In this document: positions 12,077 through 21,103 of the stretch, piece by piece
Numbering within the stretch: the first letter of the stretch is position 1
How the letters are laid out: the number at the start of each line of letters is the position of its first letter
NCBI GenBank assembly: GCA_040225955.1
Contig: JBECUL010000026.1
Location: forward strand, 1-31,421
Source of the DNA: Candidatus Asgardarchaeum abyssi
Lineage (GTDB): Archaea; Asgardarchaeota; Asgardarchaeia; Asgardarchaeales; Asgardarchaeaceae
Direction: 5' to 3'
Length of the DNA stretch: 31,421 bases
Notes under the pieces: generated by a model
Seen by the model: the letters and a program-made list of their open reading frames with translations, nothing else
The model's database searches: none
What the model was told of the DNA's origin: nothing
Program-made: the position numbers and the translations under genes

Positions 12077-12088
12077 TCGGTGTTAAGT

Positions 12089-13510
12089 ATGGGACATAAA
12101 AAATCTACTATTGAGGAACTAAAGGAATTAAATGTTAAGTGGATACATTTGTGGATCACAGACATTCACGGGCATATAAGAAATATCTCGTTTTCTGTTG
12201 ACACCCTTAGTGATGATGATTTAGAAACAGGGTTTGGATTTGATGGATCATCCATCCCTGGCTACAAAACGATTGAAGATTCGGATATGATCGCTAAGCC
12301 AGATGTATCCACGTTAAAAGTTCTTCCCTGGACCAATTTTGCACATAAATCCGCTATTTTCATCACTGATATATATGAAGGGTTTGTTAATAAAAGATTT
12401 GAAGGAGATCCGAGATATGTTGCTCAAAGAACACTCGAAATGGTCAAGAAAGAGGGATTTTCAAAAGTAATAATGTCTCCAGAAGTTGAATTCTTTGTTT
12501 TTGATAAAGTTACATCGCCAGAACTTAGATTAGACCCTATGACACCAGAAGGTATATATATAAAGCTAGAAAGTAGAGAAACAAGTCTAGAATCTGGTTA
12601 TTACATAAGACTTAAAGATGGATATTTCCAGCATCCTCCCTTGGATAAAACACATGAATTCAGGATGGATTTTGCAAACACTTTATTGGAGATGGGTATT
12701 AGAGCTTCGAAAACTCATCATGAAGTTGCAACTGCAGGGCAAGTCGAAATAATTATAGGAGCAGCAGATTTGGTTACAACAGCTGATAATATTCAAGTCT
12801 ATAAGTATGTTGCTAGAAACATTGCACATAAGCACGGTTTAGTTGCTACATTCATGCCAAAACCATTAGCGCATGATAACGGTAGTGGAATGCATGTGCA
12901 CCAAAGTTTATGGAAAGATAATGAAAATGCATTTTACGACCCAAATGATAAATATGCCGAACTTAGCCAAATAGCTAGGTATTACATTGGAGGGATATTG
13001 GATCATGCAGAAGCTTTAACTGCAATTGTTGCACCTACTGTGAACTCTTATAAGCGCTTAACTCCTGGATTTGAAGCACCAGTTTATATTTGCTGGGGAA
13101 GAAAAAATAGATCCGCATTAATCAGAGTTCCATTATATAAGGGTGGCCCAATTGGTAGAAAATTAAGACGTATTGAAGTACGATTCCCAGATCCTTCCTC
13201 AAATCCATATCTAACACTATCAGTCATTGTAGCAGCGGGATTGGATGGTATAAAAAGGAAAATAGATCCAGGTGATCCAGTGGATGAAGATGTATATCAT
13301 TTATCCCCTCAAAATCTCAAAGAATACAATATTAGGCAACTACCTGGAACCTTAATCGAGGCTGTTGAGGCTTTAGAAAGTGACGAAGTACTCCAACGCA
13401 CACTAGGATCACATATATTCGACCAGTTCATTGAGATTAAGAAAAAAGAATGGAGAGATTATCTCAATTACATTACACCGTGGGAATACTTACATTACTT
13501 TAACCTATAA
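12089..13510 (+). CDS. glnA: Glutamine synthetase type I
   Basis: FDGSSIPG, SPEVEFFVF, HHEVATAGQVEI, ATFMPKP..DNGSGMHVHQSLW, NSYKRLTPGFEAP, NRSALIRVP, IEVRFPDPSSNPYL. ATG at 12089 preferred to GTG 12080 because GGTG (12079-12082) then sits at SD distance. Confidence 0.97.
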   Translation: MGHKKSTIEELKELNVKWIHLWITDIHGHIRNISFSVDTLSDDDLETGFGFDGSSIPGYKTIEDSDMIAKPDVSTLKVLPWTNFAHKSAIFITDIYEGFVNKRFEGDPRYVAQRTLEMVKKEGFSKVIMSPEVEFFVFDKVTSPELRLDPMTPEGIYIKLESRETSLESGYYIRLKDGYFQHPPLDKTHEFRMDFANTLLEMGIRASKTHHEVATAGQVEIIIGAADLVTTADNIQVYKYVARNIAHKHGLVATFMPKPLAHDNGSGMHVHQSLWKDNENAFYDPNDKYAELSQIARYYIGGILDHAEALTAIVAPTVNSYKRLTPGFEAPVYICWGRKNRSALIRVPLYKGGPIGRKLRRIEVRFPDPSSNPYLTLSVIVAAGLDGIKRKIDPGDPVDEDVYHLSPQNLKEYNIRQLPGTLIEAVEALESDEVLQRTLGSHIFDQFIEIKKKEWRDYLNYITPWEYLHYFNL

Positions 13511-13527
13511 CTGTTTACTATTTTTTA

Positions 13528-14853
13528 CTAAATTGATAATTTCTCTTTTTCTTGCTTTTCTGGTTCATAGACCAAAGTTATGAAAAGAATTAGGCTTATA
13601 AGACCTATAAACGCACTAATCCAAAATGATATTGCAACGCCTGGGACTATATAACCTAAAATGTTAAATTCCCATTTCATAGCAATTTGATATATAGCAC
13701 CACCGATTGGTGCAAAGGCTGCACCAAAATTGAACAGCGACTGAACAGTTCCAAATACCTTTCCTCTTAATTTTTTAGGTACCAAATCTGCTTGTAATGC
13801 ACGATATGCAGGAGATACGATGTTAAAAGCCGCAGCTCTTAAAGAGTATATTGCAAGTAATTCCTCATATGTCTTTGAAAAGGGTAAAAGCAGAGTAGCC
13901 ACTCTTGTTCCTAACTGTCCAACTATAACTACTTTTTTCCGACCAATTTTATCAGATATTATTCCCGCTGGGCAGTTAGCCAAGAATCCGACAATACTTG
14001 ATAATGTTGCTAACATCCCAGTAGCAGCAGGATCAGATGTTATATAATGAATAACAAAGACCATGGATATCGGAGCCACCAAACCCATTGCAACTCCATT
14101 TGCAAATCCCATTACATAAAGTACCTTGATGGACTTAGATATGTGCTTTGGAATTTTTATGGTTTCTTTATTCTCCCCTAATATTAATGTTATTATACTA
14201 AATTTCCAGTTTGCAGATTTAAACGACGTAGTAGTTTCTACAGTAAAAATGCTTATAATCATTCCTACTAAAGCATTAGCAGTCATCACATAAAATGGAA
14301 AAGTGAGCGCATCAAAAACATTCATACCTAAAACGTGAGCAGCAAATTTATACAAATACGCACCAAAGAGGGGGCCTGCGAAGAAACTTACATTAGATGT
14401 TGTCATATAGTATCCCATGTATTTTCCTCGCTCACTCCAATGTACGGAGTCTGTAAGCATAGCCTCGGAAACGGGCCATACCATCGCAGATGCTGCACCT
14501 TGTATCCCTCTAACAATAAGGATATCAATCCAGCTTCTTGATAGGATATATCCGTAGGATAGGATTGTGTAAAGTAATAAACCGGTGAATATTATCTTCT
14601 TCCTACCAATATGGTCACTCAAATTACCAAAATATCTTGCTAGGAATGCCCTAGTAAGCATAAATATGGACGTTAATATAGTTATTTGGATGGCTAGTTC
14701 TCCTACGTTAGGAATAGTGCCCAAATTTTCAGGAAGATCTGTCAACTCTCCTTCATAGTATAGTAGTAAAAATGGGAGCAGAGGCATTATAGTTCCAAAT
14801 CCTAGATTAACTATGAATGCTATTATGCACAGTAGGTATACATTCCTTTTCAT
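13528..14853 (-). CDS. Major facilitator superfamily transporter
   Basis: Motif A twice (GNLSDHIGRKK, GIISDKIGRKK), RGIQG, ~12 TM; start moved to ATG 14853 (GGTGA SD upstream). Confidence 0.9.
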   Translation of the reverse strand: MKRNVYLLCIIAFIVNLGFGTIMPLLPFLLLYYEGELTDLPENLGTIPNVGELAIQITILTSIFMLTRAFLARYFGNLSDHIGRKKIIFTGLLLYTILSYGYILSRSWIDILIVRGIQGAASAMVWPVSEAMLTDSVHWSERGKYMGYYMTTSNVSFFAGPLFGAYLYKFAAHVLGMNVFDALTFPFYVMTANALVGMIISIFTVETTTSFKSANWKFSIITLILGENKETIKIPKHISKSIKVLYVMGFANGVAMGLVAPISMVFVIHYITSDPAATGMLATLSSIVGFLANCPAGIISDKIGRKKVVIVGQLGTRVATLLLPFSKTYEELLAIYSLRAAAFNIVSPAYRALQADLVPKKLRGKVFGTVQSLFNFGAAFAPIGGAIYQIAMKWEFNILGYIVPGVAISFWISAFIGLISLILFITLVYEPEKQEKEKLSI

Positions 14854-14974
14854 ATAGGTCACCGGATTTATTGAAGAGATTGTGCTATTTTGCACACAAG
14901 CGTAACAATTTTCAATTGATTAGTTTATTTAATGTTATTATTACGGTAAGCTAACTGAATGTGTATCAGAGTCT

Positions 14975-16297
14975 TTAAAGCTTCTTCGTATGCATTTTCT
15001 GTTTTCGACCATAGTGAAAATTGATGCTTATCGAAACTACTAGTGCTCCGAGAAGAACCATCATTCTCAGAAGGTTCATCAAGTAGTTCAATAAGTAAGC
15101 TATTGTTATACCTATAAATATTATTGGAATTATGCTAATGATTAGATTATTCTTTATGATTCCTCTTTTTTGGAGATTAATCACGCTAAGATTAACAGCC
15201 ATAAAGATCATCATGAAGAACAAGCTGGCGAGAGAAGCCACATCTTCAAGAAAACCTATAACCACCAATATTGCTGATGCTAGGGAAGTGAACAATATCG
15301 AAAAGTGTGGCGTTTTTCTTTTAGAGTGAATATTATTCAATATTGATGGTGCTAAGCCATCGCGAGAAATGGCATACATTATTCGGGATGCTCCATATAA
15401 ACTAGCGTTTAGAGCGCTAGCCGTCGCTAGCACACTACCAACCCCCATTAATATTTCACCAATGACTCCTAAAAACTTCTTTGCAGCAATTATAAGAGGC
15501 CCTTCACTTTCAGAAAATAGTGTTGGATCGACAACCATAACGGATACCATTGCAGTAAATATGTATATTAATGAAACTATTATTATACTTACATGGATTG
15601 CAATACCTATGTTTTTCTCAGGATTTTCAATTTCTTCGGCACTCGCAGCTATAAGCTCAAATCCCTCATATGCGACAAAAATTAAAGCACTACCCATTAT
15701 AATGTTCCTAGTTAGGTCAAATACTGAGGATACCCCATTAGGATAGCTAAAATTAAAATTAAGAAACTTTACAATACCGATGTAAGATAATCCAAAGATT
15801 ATAAAGATCAATAAAATTAGAACCTTGCCAGCAACTATTATATTTTCCACAAATCCCGTTTCCTTAACTCCCCTAATATTAATTGTAGTAAATAAGACAA
15901 TCAATAATAATCCCAAAGTTTTCCAATCAATACCCAAAAAATAGCTGGTATATAATCCAAATGTAACTGCATATAATGCAGAAGCAGCAACATATCCGAA
16001 CCATAATATCCAACCAGCTACTCCTCCAAGAATTTTTCCAAAGCTTTGAGTTATGTAGGTATAACTTGCTCCACTGCTCGGATATTTTCTTGCAAGAAGA
16101 GAATAGTTATAGCCAGTAAAAATAGCAGCTACTGTACAAAAAAACAAGCTTGCAAAAACGTAAGAACCAGTTAAACCAACAACTAAGCCGATAACAGAGA
16201 AGATTCCACCACCGATCATGCCACCAATACCAATTGCGATAGCCTCCTTTAACTTAAGGTTTCTTGCAAGAGTGTCTCTCCTCAATTTAACCACCAC
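14975..16297 (-). CDS. APC-family amino acid permease
   Basis: GIGGMIGGGIF TM1, YPSSGASYTY, FVAYEGFELIAASAEEIENPEKN TM6, SRIMYAISRDG; start may be the TTG at 16285. Confidence 0.92.
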   Translation of the reverse strand: MVVKLRRDTLARNLKLKEAIAIGIGGMIGGGIFSVIGLVVGLTGSYVFASLFFCTVAAIFTGYNYSLLARKYPSSGASYTYITQSFGKILGGVAGWILWFGYVAASALYAVTFGLYTSYFLGIDWKTLGLLLIVLFTTINIRGVKETGFVENIIVAGKVLILLIFIIFGLSYIGIVKFLNFNFSYPNGVSSVFDLTRNIIMGSALIFVAYEGFELIAASAEEIENPEKNIGIAIHVSIIIVSLIYIFTAMVSVMVVDPTLFSESEGPLIIAAKKFLGVIGEILMGVGSVLATASALNASLYGASRIMYAISRDGLAPSILNNIHSKRKTPHFSILFTSLASAILVVIGFLEDVASLASLFFMMIFMAVNLSVINLQKRGIIKNNLIISIIPIIFIGITIAYLLNYLMNLLRMMVLLGALVVSISINFHYGRKQKMHTKKL

Positions 16298-16439
16298 CCA
16301 ACGATATTAGTGAAATATTTATTTCATATAGGAATAATAAATATATTATTACGTGAATTTTCTCTAAAACACTGTTGAAAATCTAGAGATTACACTTATA
16401 AAATTTTTGAAAATAACAGTACTTCCGCACTATTTTCGA

Positions 16440-16700
16440 AATGAGTACGCTCCCTAGACACCAAGATCCGCCTCAGTCCTCCATGAATTTTCAAAATTCC
16501 CCAATAAAAATATTCCGCGCACACACCAAAAAGTCATGTGAAAGCATCGTACGCATCAAATATTAGAATAACCAGTAGACATCGCAATCACAAGTCATAT
16601 TGCTATCATCACCGGCGGCGGCCAGCTCTCACGCTCACACTTGTACGGGATACCACTAATAGTAATAACCTCAGTAACCTCAAACTCGACAACTCCCTCC
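16440..16700 (-). pseudogene. Decayed foreign coding fragment, possibly the 5' part of an IS200/IS605 tnpB
   Basis: GC-richer, strand-skewed patch. Broken minus-strand frames EVITISGIPYKCERESW (16622-16672) and ILKIHGGLRRILVSRE (16450-16497) follow an SD-like GGAGGGAG (16693-16700). TnpB resemblance is from memory only. Confidence 0.3.
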
Positions 16701-16955
16701 CAAACCAGCACAAAAACGTAAATTTGATTTTCATCTGCTCCGAATATCGATCATTTGATAAGACGATTGCCACGAAAACATCAATATCACAAGAACTTGT
16801 GTAGCATGCAAATTTAAAGGAGTATTGGGAAGTCTGTTATGGATTTAAAGAGTTTTTCGAAAGAATGTATAATTATGGTTTTTGAGAAAATCATAGGATT
16901 GAAAATATTTGAGAAATGAAATTACCACAGAAGAAAATCTAATTTTTCAAAAATA

Positions 16956-16989
16956 TTTTTAATTAAGATTTGTTTTTAATTAAGAATTG
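16956..16989. repeat. Tandem 17-bp direct repeat containing the palindrome TTAATTAA
   Basis: TTTTTAATTAAGATTTG / TTTTTAATTAAGAATTG (16 of 17 identical). Confidence 0.7.
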
Positions 16990-17087
16990 AGAATTGCCTT
17001 TCAAAATATTAAATACTTTGTGAGTATTGAGGTAAACAGCTTATCCAAATGTGGTGGCAATAAAATACTGAAAGATAATGTACTGCA

Positions 17088-17210
17088 ATGTGGGTTGTGG
17101 GGTTACCCTGAACAGAGTCAAGACCAATCACTTGCTCCCTATGAACTCAGAGGGAGCTGAGGTTAATGAGACCAAGGTGAATGTTCGCTCACCAATACGG
17201 ATATTCACTG
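17088..17210 (+). ncRNA. Structured RNA candidate, HgcC-like / orphan TnpB omega-RNA-like element
   Basis: GC-rich island. Stem GCTCCCT(17134-40)/AGGGAGC(17151-57) extends through TCA/TGA and GACC/GGTT. Stem GTGAATGTTCG(17177-87)/CGGATATTCAC(17198-208) has G.U pairs valid only on the + strand. Motifs ATGTGGG..GGGGTTACCCTGAAC and CTCCCTATGAAC..GAGGGA..GAGGTTAATG recall archaeal tnpB 3' ends/HgcC. Confidence 0.55.
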
Positions 17211-17234
17211 AACCAATTAGATGGTGGTATGTAG

Positions 17235-19937
17235 ATGCTGACTTTAAAAATTGCTTTCAGGAATATGAGAAGGAGGAAAATAAGAACAACAATAGCACTT
17301 ATTGGTGTCATAACCGCATCAGCTCTTTTTGTTGGCGTTAATTCAACAGTTGATATACTAACATATGAATTGGTTCAGAGTTTTACAGACTTTTTAGGCG
17401 ATTTTGATATTATGATATATGGTACTAGTTCAAATGCTTTTTTTGACCCAGAAAATATTACAAGTAAAGTATTAGAAGTAGATGCTGTAGATGTTGCTAT
17501 ACCGAGGTTAATATTTCGAGGAATAGCTACTAGTGAGGAGAATAAAACCACAGGATTACTTTTGGTCGGAATATATCCAGAACTTGATGATAGAATAGGA
17601 AGTTTTGAGGTTATCCAAGGAGAAATAAGCTTTGCTGAGAACGAGACTATTTTGTTATCAGATATAGCTAAATTTCTCAATGTTCAAGTAGGTGAGTTAC
17701 TAAATGTAACAACATATAATTTCATTAATAAGACATTTAAGATTACTCAACTCAAAATAGTTGGTATAGTAGACCAAGAGGGGAAATTGCCATTAAATAT
17801 GAAAAATGTAATCTTTATGAGTAAAGCTACATTACAAAAAATGTTAGGATTATATGATAACCAGAGTGCAAATTTTGTTTTTGTTCAGTTAAAGGAAGAC
17901 GTTTTTGATTATAATGATATTGAAGGGACAATAAACAAACTTGTAAGCATAGGAAGTGAAATACAGCTTAAAATAGGTCTTGATTATAATGTAGTACTCG
18001 TAAAGGGTAGGGTGCTTGAAAGGGTTTCAGCTTCATTGGAATCACAGAGGATAATGCTAAATATTTTTGTTTTCATTACCGTGCTTATGGCTGGTGTTTT
18101 AATAGTATCAACAATGTTAATGAATGTAAATGAGAGAATAAGGGAATTTGGAATTTTGAGATCTTTAGGGTTTGCAAGATATCAGATATTTCTTATTGTT
18201 CTAACCGAATCTATAATAATAGGGCTTGTTGGATCAGTAATTGGGTTATATGTAGGAATTATTTTGGGCTCAAAAATAATTACACCTATAGTTGTAGCTC
18301 GATTGACACAAGACACAACAGAAATTATCACTATATCAATAAATCCCATCACATTAGAGTATGGATTTTTAATAGGCTTCTTAGTTTGTATTGGAGCAGG
18401 ATTATTTCCAGCATATTATATTTATAATTTGACTCCTATTGAAGCTCTTTCAGCATCAGCTAGAAAAACAATACTTGTGGAAAAGCATTTAAAGAAGCTA
18501 AGTCCGGAAAGAGTTAGCTGGTCGTTGTTTTGGTCTGGTTTATTTATTTTTGCTACTATGAGTTTAATGGTCGTACTCTTTCCGCTCATTAGGTTTTATT
18601 TTGGGCAGAGTATTATTACTCTGGTTACATTTCTCTCACTAGGATTGTTATTGGTTGGCATAACAGTAATGTTCACCGCGATATTACCTGTTGTTGTGAG
18701 GTTATTAGCAAGGTTATTCTCAATATTCGCTAAGATCGAAGGTTCACTTGCTGCAAGAAATCTAATCAAATATAAAAGGAGAACTACACTGACATTCTTC
18801 ATGCTTACAACAAGTATCGCATTTATTTTTATGATAGGTTCACTAACACAGAGCTATGCTATTAATGCTCAAATGGCAATTAGATACGAAACAGGTTCTG
18901 ACATAGTTATATACTTAAACGAACCAGTTCCGGAGAGCATAATATCAAACATAACAGCAATCTCTGGAGTAAAAGCAGCTACACCTATAACGGCACCATT
19001 AACAGTAAAGGTTGGAGATTTGATCTTATGGAAGCAATATACAATTAAAGTCTACGGTATAAATGCAACAACATTTATGAGTGCAGTTTATGCAGAAGAT
19101 GCAATAATAGATTGGCCAAAATCGGAGAATCCATTCATGGCCCTTACTCAAAATAATGAGTCCATAGCGATTGCAACTGGATTGGCTCAAGCATTAAAAC
19201 TATCTGAAATGGATACTATTAGAGTGGAAATCTATGGAAAAAGCAAATTAATGAATGTAAGTATGTTGATATCCGCTCTACCAGCATTTTCATTTACAAA
19301 ATTCGAACAAAAAGCAGCAAGAAGCGAAGCTTTAATTTCTTTAGAAACTTACAAAAATCTGACTAGAGGCATTTTAACATACGAAAGAATTCTTGTAAGA
19401 GTAAAAGAGGGGTTCAATGTAGAAAGTATAGCTAATTCTATTAATAATTTAATAGGCACCGATTATGATATTCAAGTAATTACCACTCAAGAACTTATTG
19501 AGATGGCACAGGAAAGTTATTCACAAGTGTTACAACTTTTTATGACACTTTTATCCTTTGGAATAATAATCTCGGTTTTAGGTCATGTAACTTCTCTTTT
19601 AACTACGGTAAGAGAAAGAATATGGGAAATTGGAATTTTCAGAAGTATTGGTGTAAGCAAGGAACAGGTAATTCTAATTTTTATAGTAGAAGCTATCATT
19701 CTATCAATAGCGGGATACATTTGCGGGCTCTTAAGCAGCCTTATTGTAGTCACTGAAATTACATATACAAATAATCTAATGAGTGACATCCCCCTAGTTC
19801 TGACAATCCCTATAGATTTAGCTTCAGTAATATTTGCTCTTGTAATAGGAGTTTCCGCGATAGCATCATATATATTTACTAAAAAGCCTATAAGTATTAA
19901 TATAGTAGATGCTTTAAGATACGGGTTGAGGGAATGA
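17235..19937 (+). CDS. ABC transporter permease, MacB/LolE/FtsX family (two fused permease repeats)
   Basis: IAFRNMRRRKIRT and AARNLIKYKRRT N-motifs; VNERIREFGILRSLG and VRERIWEIGIFRSIG; two extracytoplasmic domains; GGTGG SD at 17223-17227. Confidence 0.93.
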   Translation: MLTLKIAFRNMRRRKIRTTIALIGVITASALFVGVNSTVDILTYELVQSFTDFLGDFDIMIYGTSSNAFFDPENITSKVLEVDAVDVAIPRLIFRGIATSEENKTTGLLLVGIYPELDDRIGSFEVIQGEISFAENETILLSDIAKFLNVQVGELLNVTTYNFINKTFKITQLKIVGIVDQEGKLPLNMKNVIFMSKATLQKMLGLYDNQSANFVFVQLKEDVFDYNDIEGTINKLVSIGSEIQLKIGLDYNVVLVKGRVLERVSASLESQRIMLNIFVFITVLMAGVLIVSTMLMNVNERIREFGILRSLGFARYQIFLIVLTESIIIGLVGSVIGLYVGIILGSKIITPIVVARLTQDTTEIITISINPITLEYGFLIGFLVCIGAGLFPAYYIYNLTPIEALSASARKTILVEKHLKKLSPERVSWSLFWSGLFIFATMSLMVVLFPLIRFYFGQSIITLVTFLSLGLLLVGITVMFTAILPVVVRLLARLFSIFAKIEGSLAARNLIKYKRRTTLTFFMLTTSIAFIFMIGSLTQSYAINAQMAIRYETGSDIVIYLNEPVPESIISNITAISGVKAATPITAPLTVKVGDLILWKQYTIKVYGINATTFMSAVYAEDAIIDWPKSENPFMALTQNNESIAIATGLAQALKLSEMDTIRVEIYGKSKLMNVSMLISALPAFSFTKFEQKAARSEALISLETYKNLTRGILTYERILVRVKEGFNVESIANSINNLIGTDYDIQVITTQELIEMAQESYSQVLQLFMTLLSFGIIISVLGHVTSLLTTVRERIWEIGIFRSIGVSKEQVILIFIVEAIILSIAGYICGLLSSLIVVTEITYTNNLMSDIPLVLTIPIDLASVIFALVIGVSAIASYIFTKKPISINIVDALRYGLRE

Positions 19938-20638
19938 GAATGGAAAAACAAGAATCTGTCAGAACTGAAGAACTCGTAAAGATTTACAGATTAGGAAAGG
20001 TTGAAATACAAGCATTGAGAGGCGTTTCAATATCATGCATTAGAGGCGAAGTGGTTGCTGTAGTTGGACCTTCTGGAAGTGGAAAAACAACACTCTTAAA
20101 TCTCATTGGAACCTTAGATAAACCCACTAGTGGAAGGGTATTTATTGATGGTCAAGAGGTTACTAAACTCCCTGAAAAAGAACTAACAAAGTTAAGAAGA
20201 AAGAAAATTGGTTTTGTATTTCAGTTTTTTAATTTGATTCCAGTTTTAACAGCATTTGAAAATGTGGAATTGCCATTATTAATTGCAGGGGTGCCCAAAG
20301 AAGAGCGAGAGAAACGAGCTAGGGAATTGCTTGAGCTAGTAGGATTAGCAGATAGAATGAACCACAAGCCAGATGAACTGAGTGGTGGAGAGCAACAACG
20401 AGTTGCTATTGCAAGAGCACTAGCAAATAAGCCAAGTTTATTATTGGCTGATGAACCAACAGGAGATTTAGACAGCGAAACTGGAATGAAGGTTGTTACG
20501 CTCATGAGAGATATGGTTAAGCATGAGCATGCAACAGCAATTATGGTAACTCATGATATGGAAGTTGCTAAGATCGCTGATAGAATCTTAAAGATGAGAG
20601 ATGGAAAAATCGTTGGAGAAGAAAAAATGACGAATTAA
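19934..20638 (+). CDS. ABC transporter ATP-binding protein, LolD/MacB-like
   Basis: GPSGSGKTT, GFVFQFFNL, LSGGEQQRVAIARAL, LLADEPTGDLD, VTHD; ATGA overlap with the permease stop. Confidence 0.95.
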   Translation: MRMEKQESVRTEELVKIYRLGKVEIQALRGVSISCIRGEVVAVVGPSGSGKTTLLNLIGTLDKPTSGRVFIDGQEVTKLPEKELTKLRRKKIGFVFQFFNLIPVLTAFENVELPLLIAGVPKEEREKRARELLELVGLADRMNHKPDELSGGEQQRVAIARALANKPSLLLADEPTGDLDSETGMKVVTLMRDMVKHEHATAIMVTHDMEVAKIADRILKMRDGKIVGEEKMTN

Positions 20639-20668
20639 CGACGTTCTATTTTTATTTGATCTCATTAC

Positions 20669-20676
20669 TTTTTTTT
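20669..20676 (+). terminator. Possible archaeal oligo-T terminator of the ABC operon
   Basis: T8 run 30 nt downstream of the stop codon. Confidence 0.4.
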
Positions 20677-20798
20677 ATAAATGCAACAAGCACTTTCACC
20701 CCTTAAATATTCAAAATTAGTGAGAAAAATGCAAGGCGCGTGATAATTTATTAAAAATGGCTTAAGTAGCATCAAGCATTAAATTTTTCTTAATTACT

Positions 20799-20970
20799 AT
20801 GACCATGAGTACTGACCCAAGAATTGTGACAACCGAAGGACGCATTGCTATTTTAAAGCGTTTATTTGATAGATAAAAAACTCGTTTACCAGCTTGAGGA
20901 GGAGATCATAGACCTTATGATAGCTCGTTTAAAGAGACTTGAATATGCCGGAGTTAGACTTGAATAGCCG
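20799..20970 (+). pseudogene. Frameshifted remnant of a small coiled-coil protein gene
   Basis: MTMSTDPRIVTTEGRIAILKRLFDR*, then in the +1 frame IDKKLVYQLEEEIIDLMIARLKRLEYAGVRLE*; 21-bp-spaced direct repeat AGACTTGAATA(T)GCCG at 20935 and 20956. Confidence 0.35.
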
Positions 20971-21103
20971 TTAAGAAAAATGTATCCTCATTAAAGTGTG
21001 CTCTTAAAGAAATTAAAAAAGGATGATGACTGAAATAATTAATTAGATAAAAATAAAAGTTTCATGCTGATTTTAATATTTTAGTTGAAAAACTGGCTTC
21101 TAG

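Noticed and set aside
16538-16804. 88-aa + strand ORF
   Set aside because: No SD, no recognisable motif; base skew suggests the minus strand was the coding one.
17078-17341. 87-aa + strand ORF overlapping the permease start
   Set aside because: Overlaps the permease out of frame by over 100 bp; its 5' part is better explained as a structured RNA/tnpB-tail remnant.
20935-20970. Direct repeats as a mini-CRISPR
   Set aside because: Only two 15-16 bp copies 5 bp apart, no spacers, no cas genes; fits a codon heptad.
21023-21070. C/D-box sRNA candidate (ATGATGA at 21023-29, CTGA at 21067-70)
   Set aside because: Spacing fits, but there are no credible D'/C' boxes, the guides are almost pure A/T, and it overlaps the likely aminotransferase promoter; a snoscan-type search would settle it.
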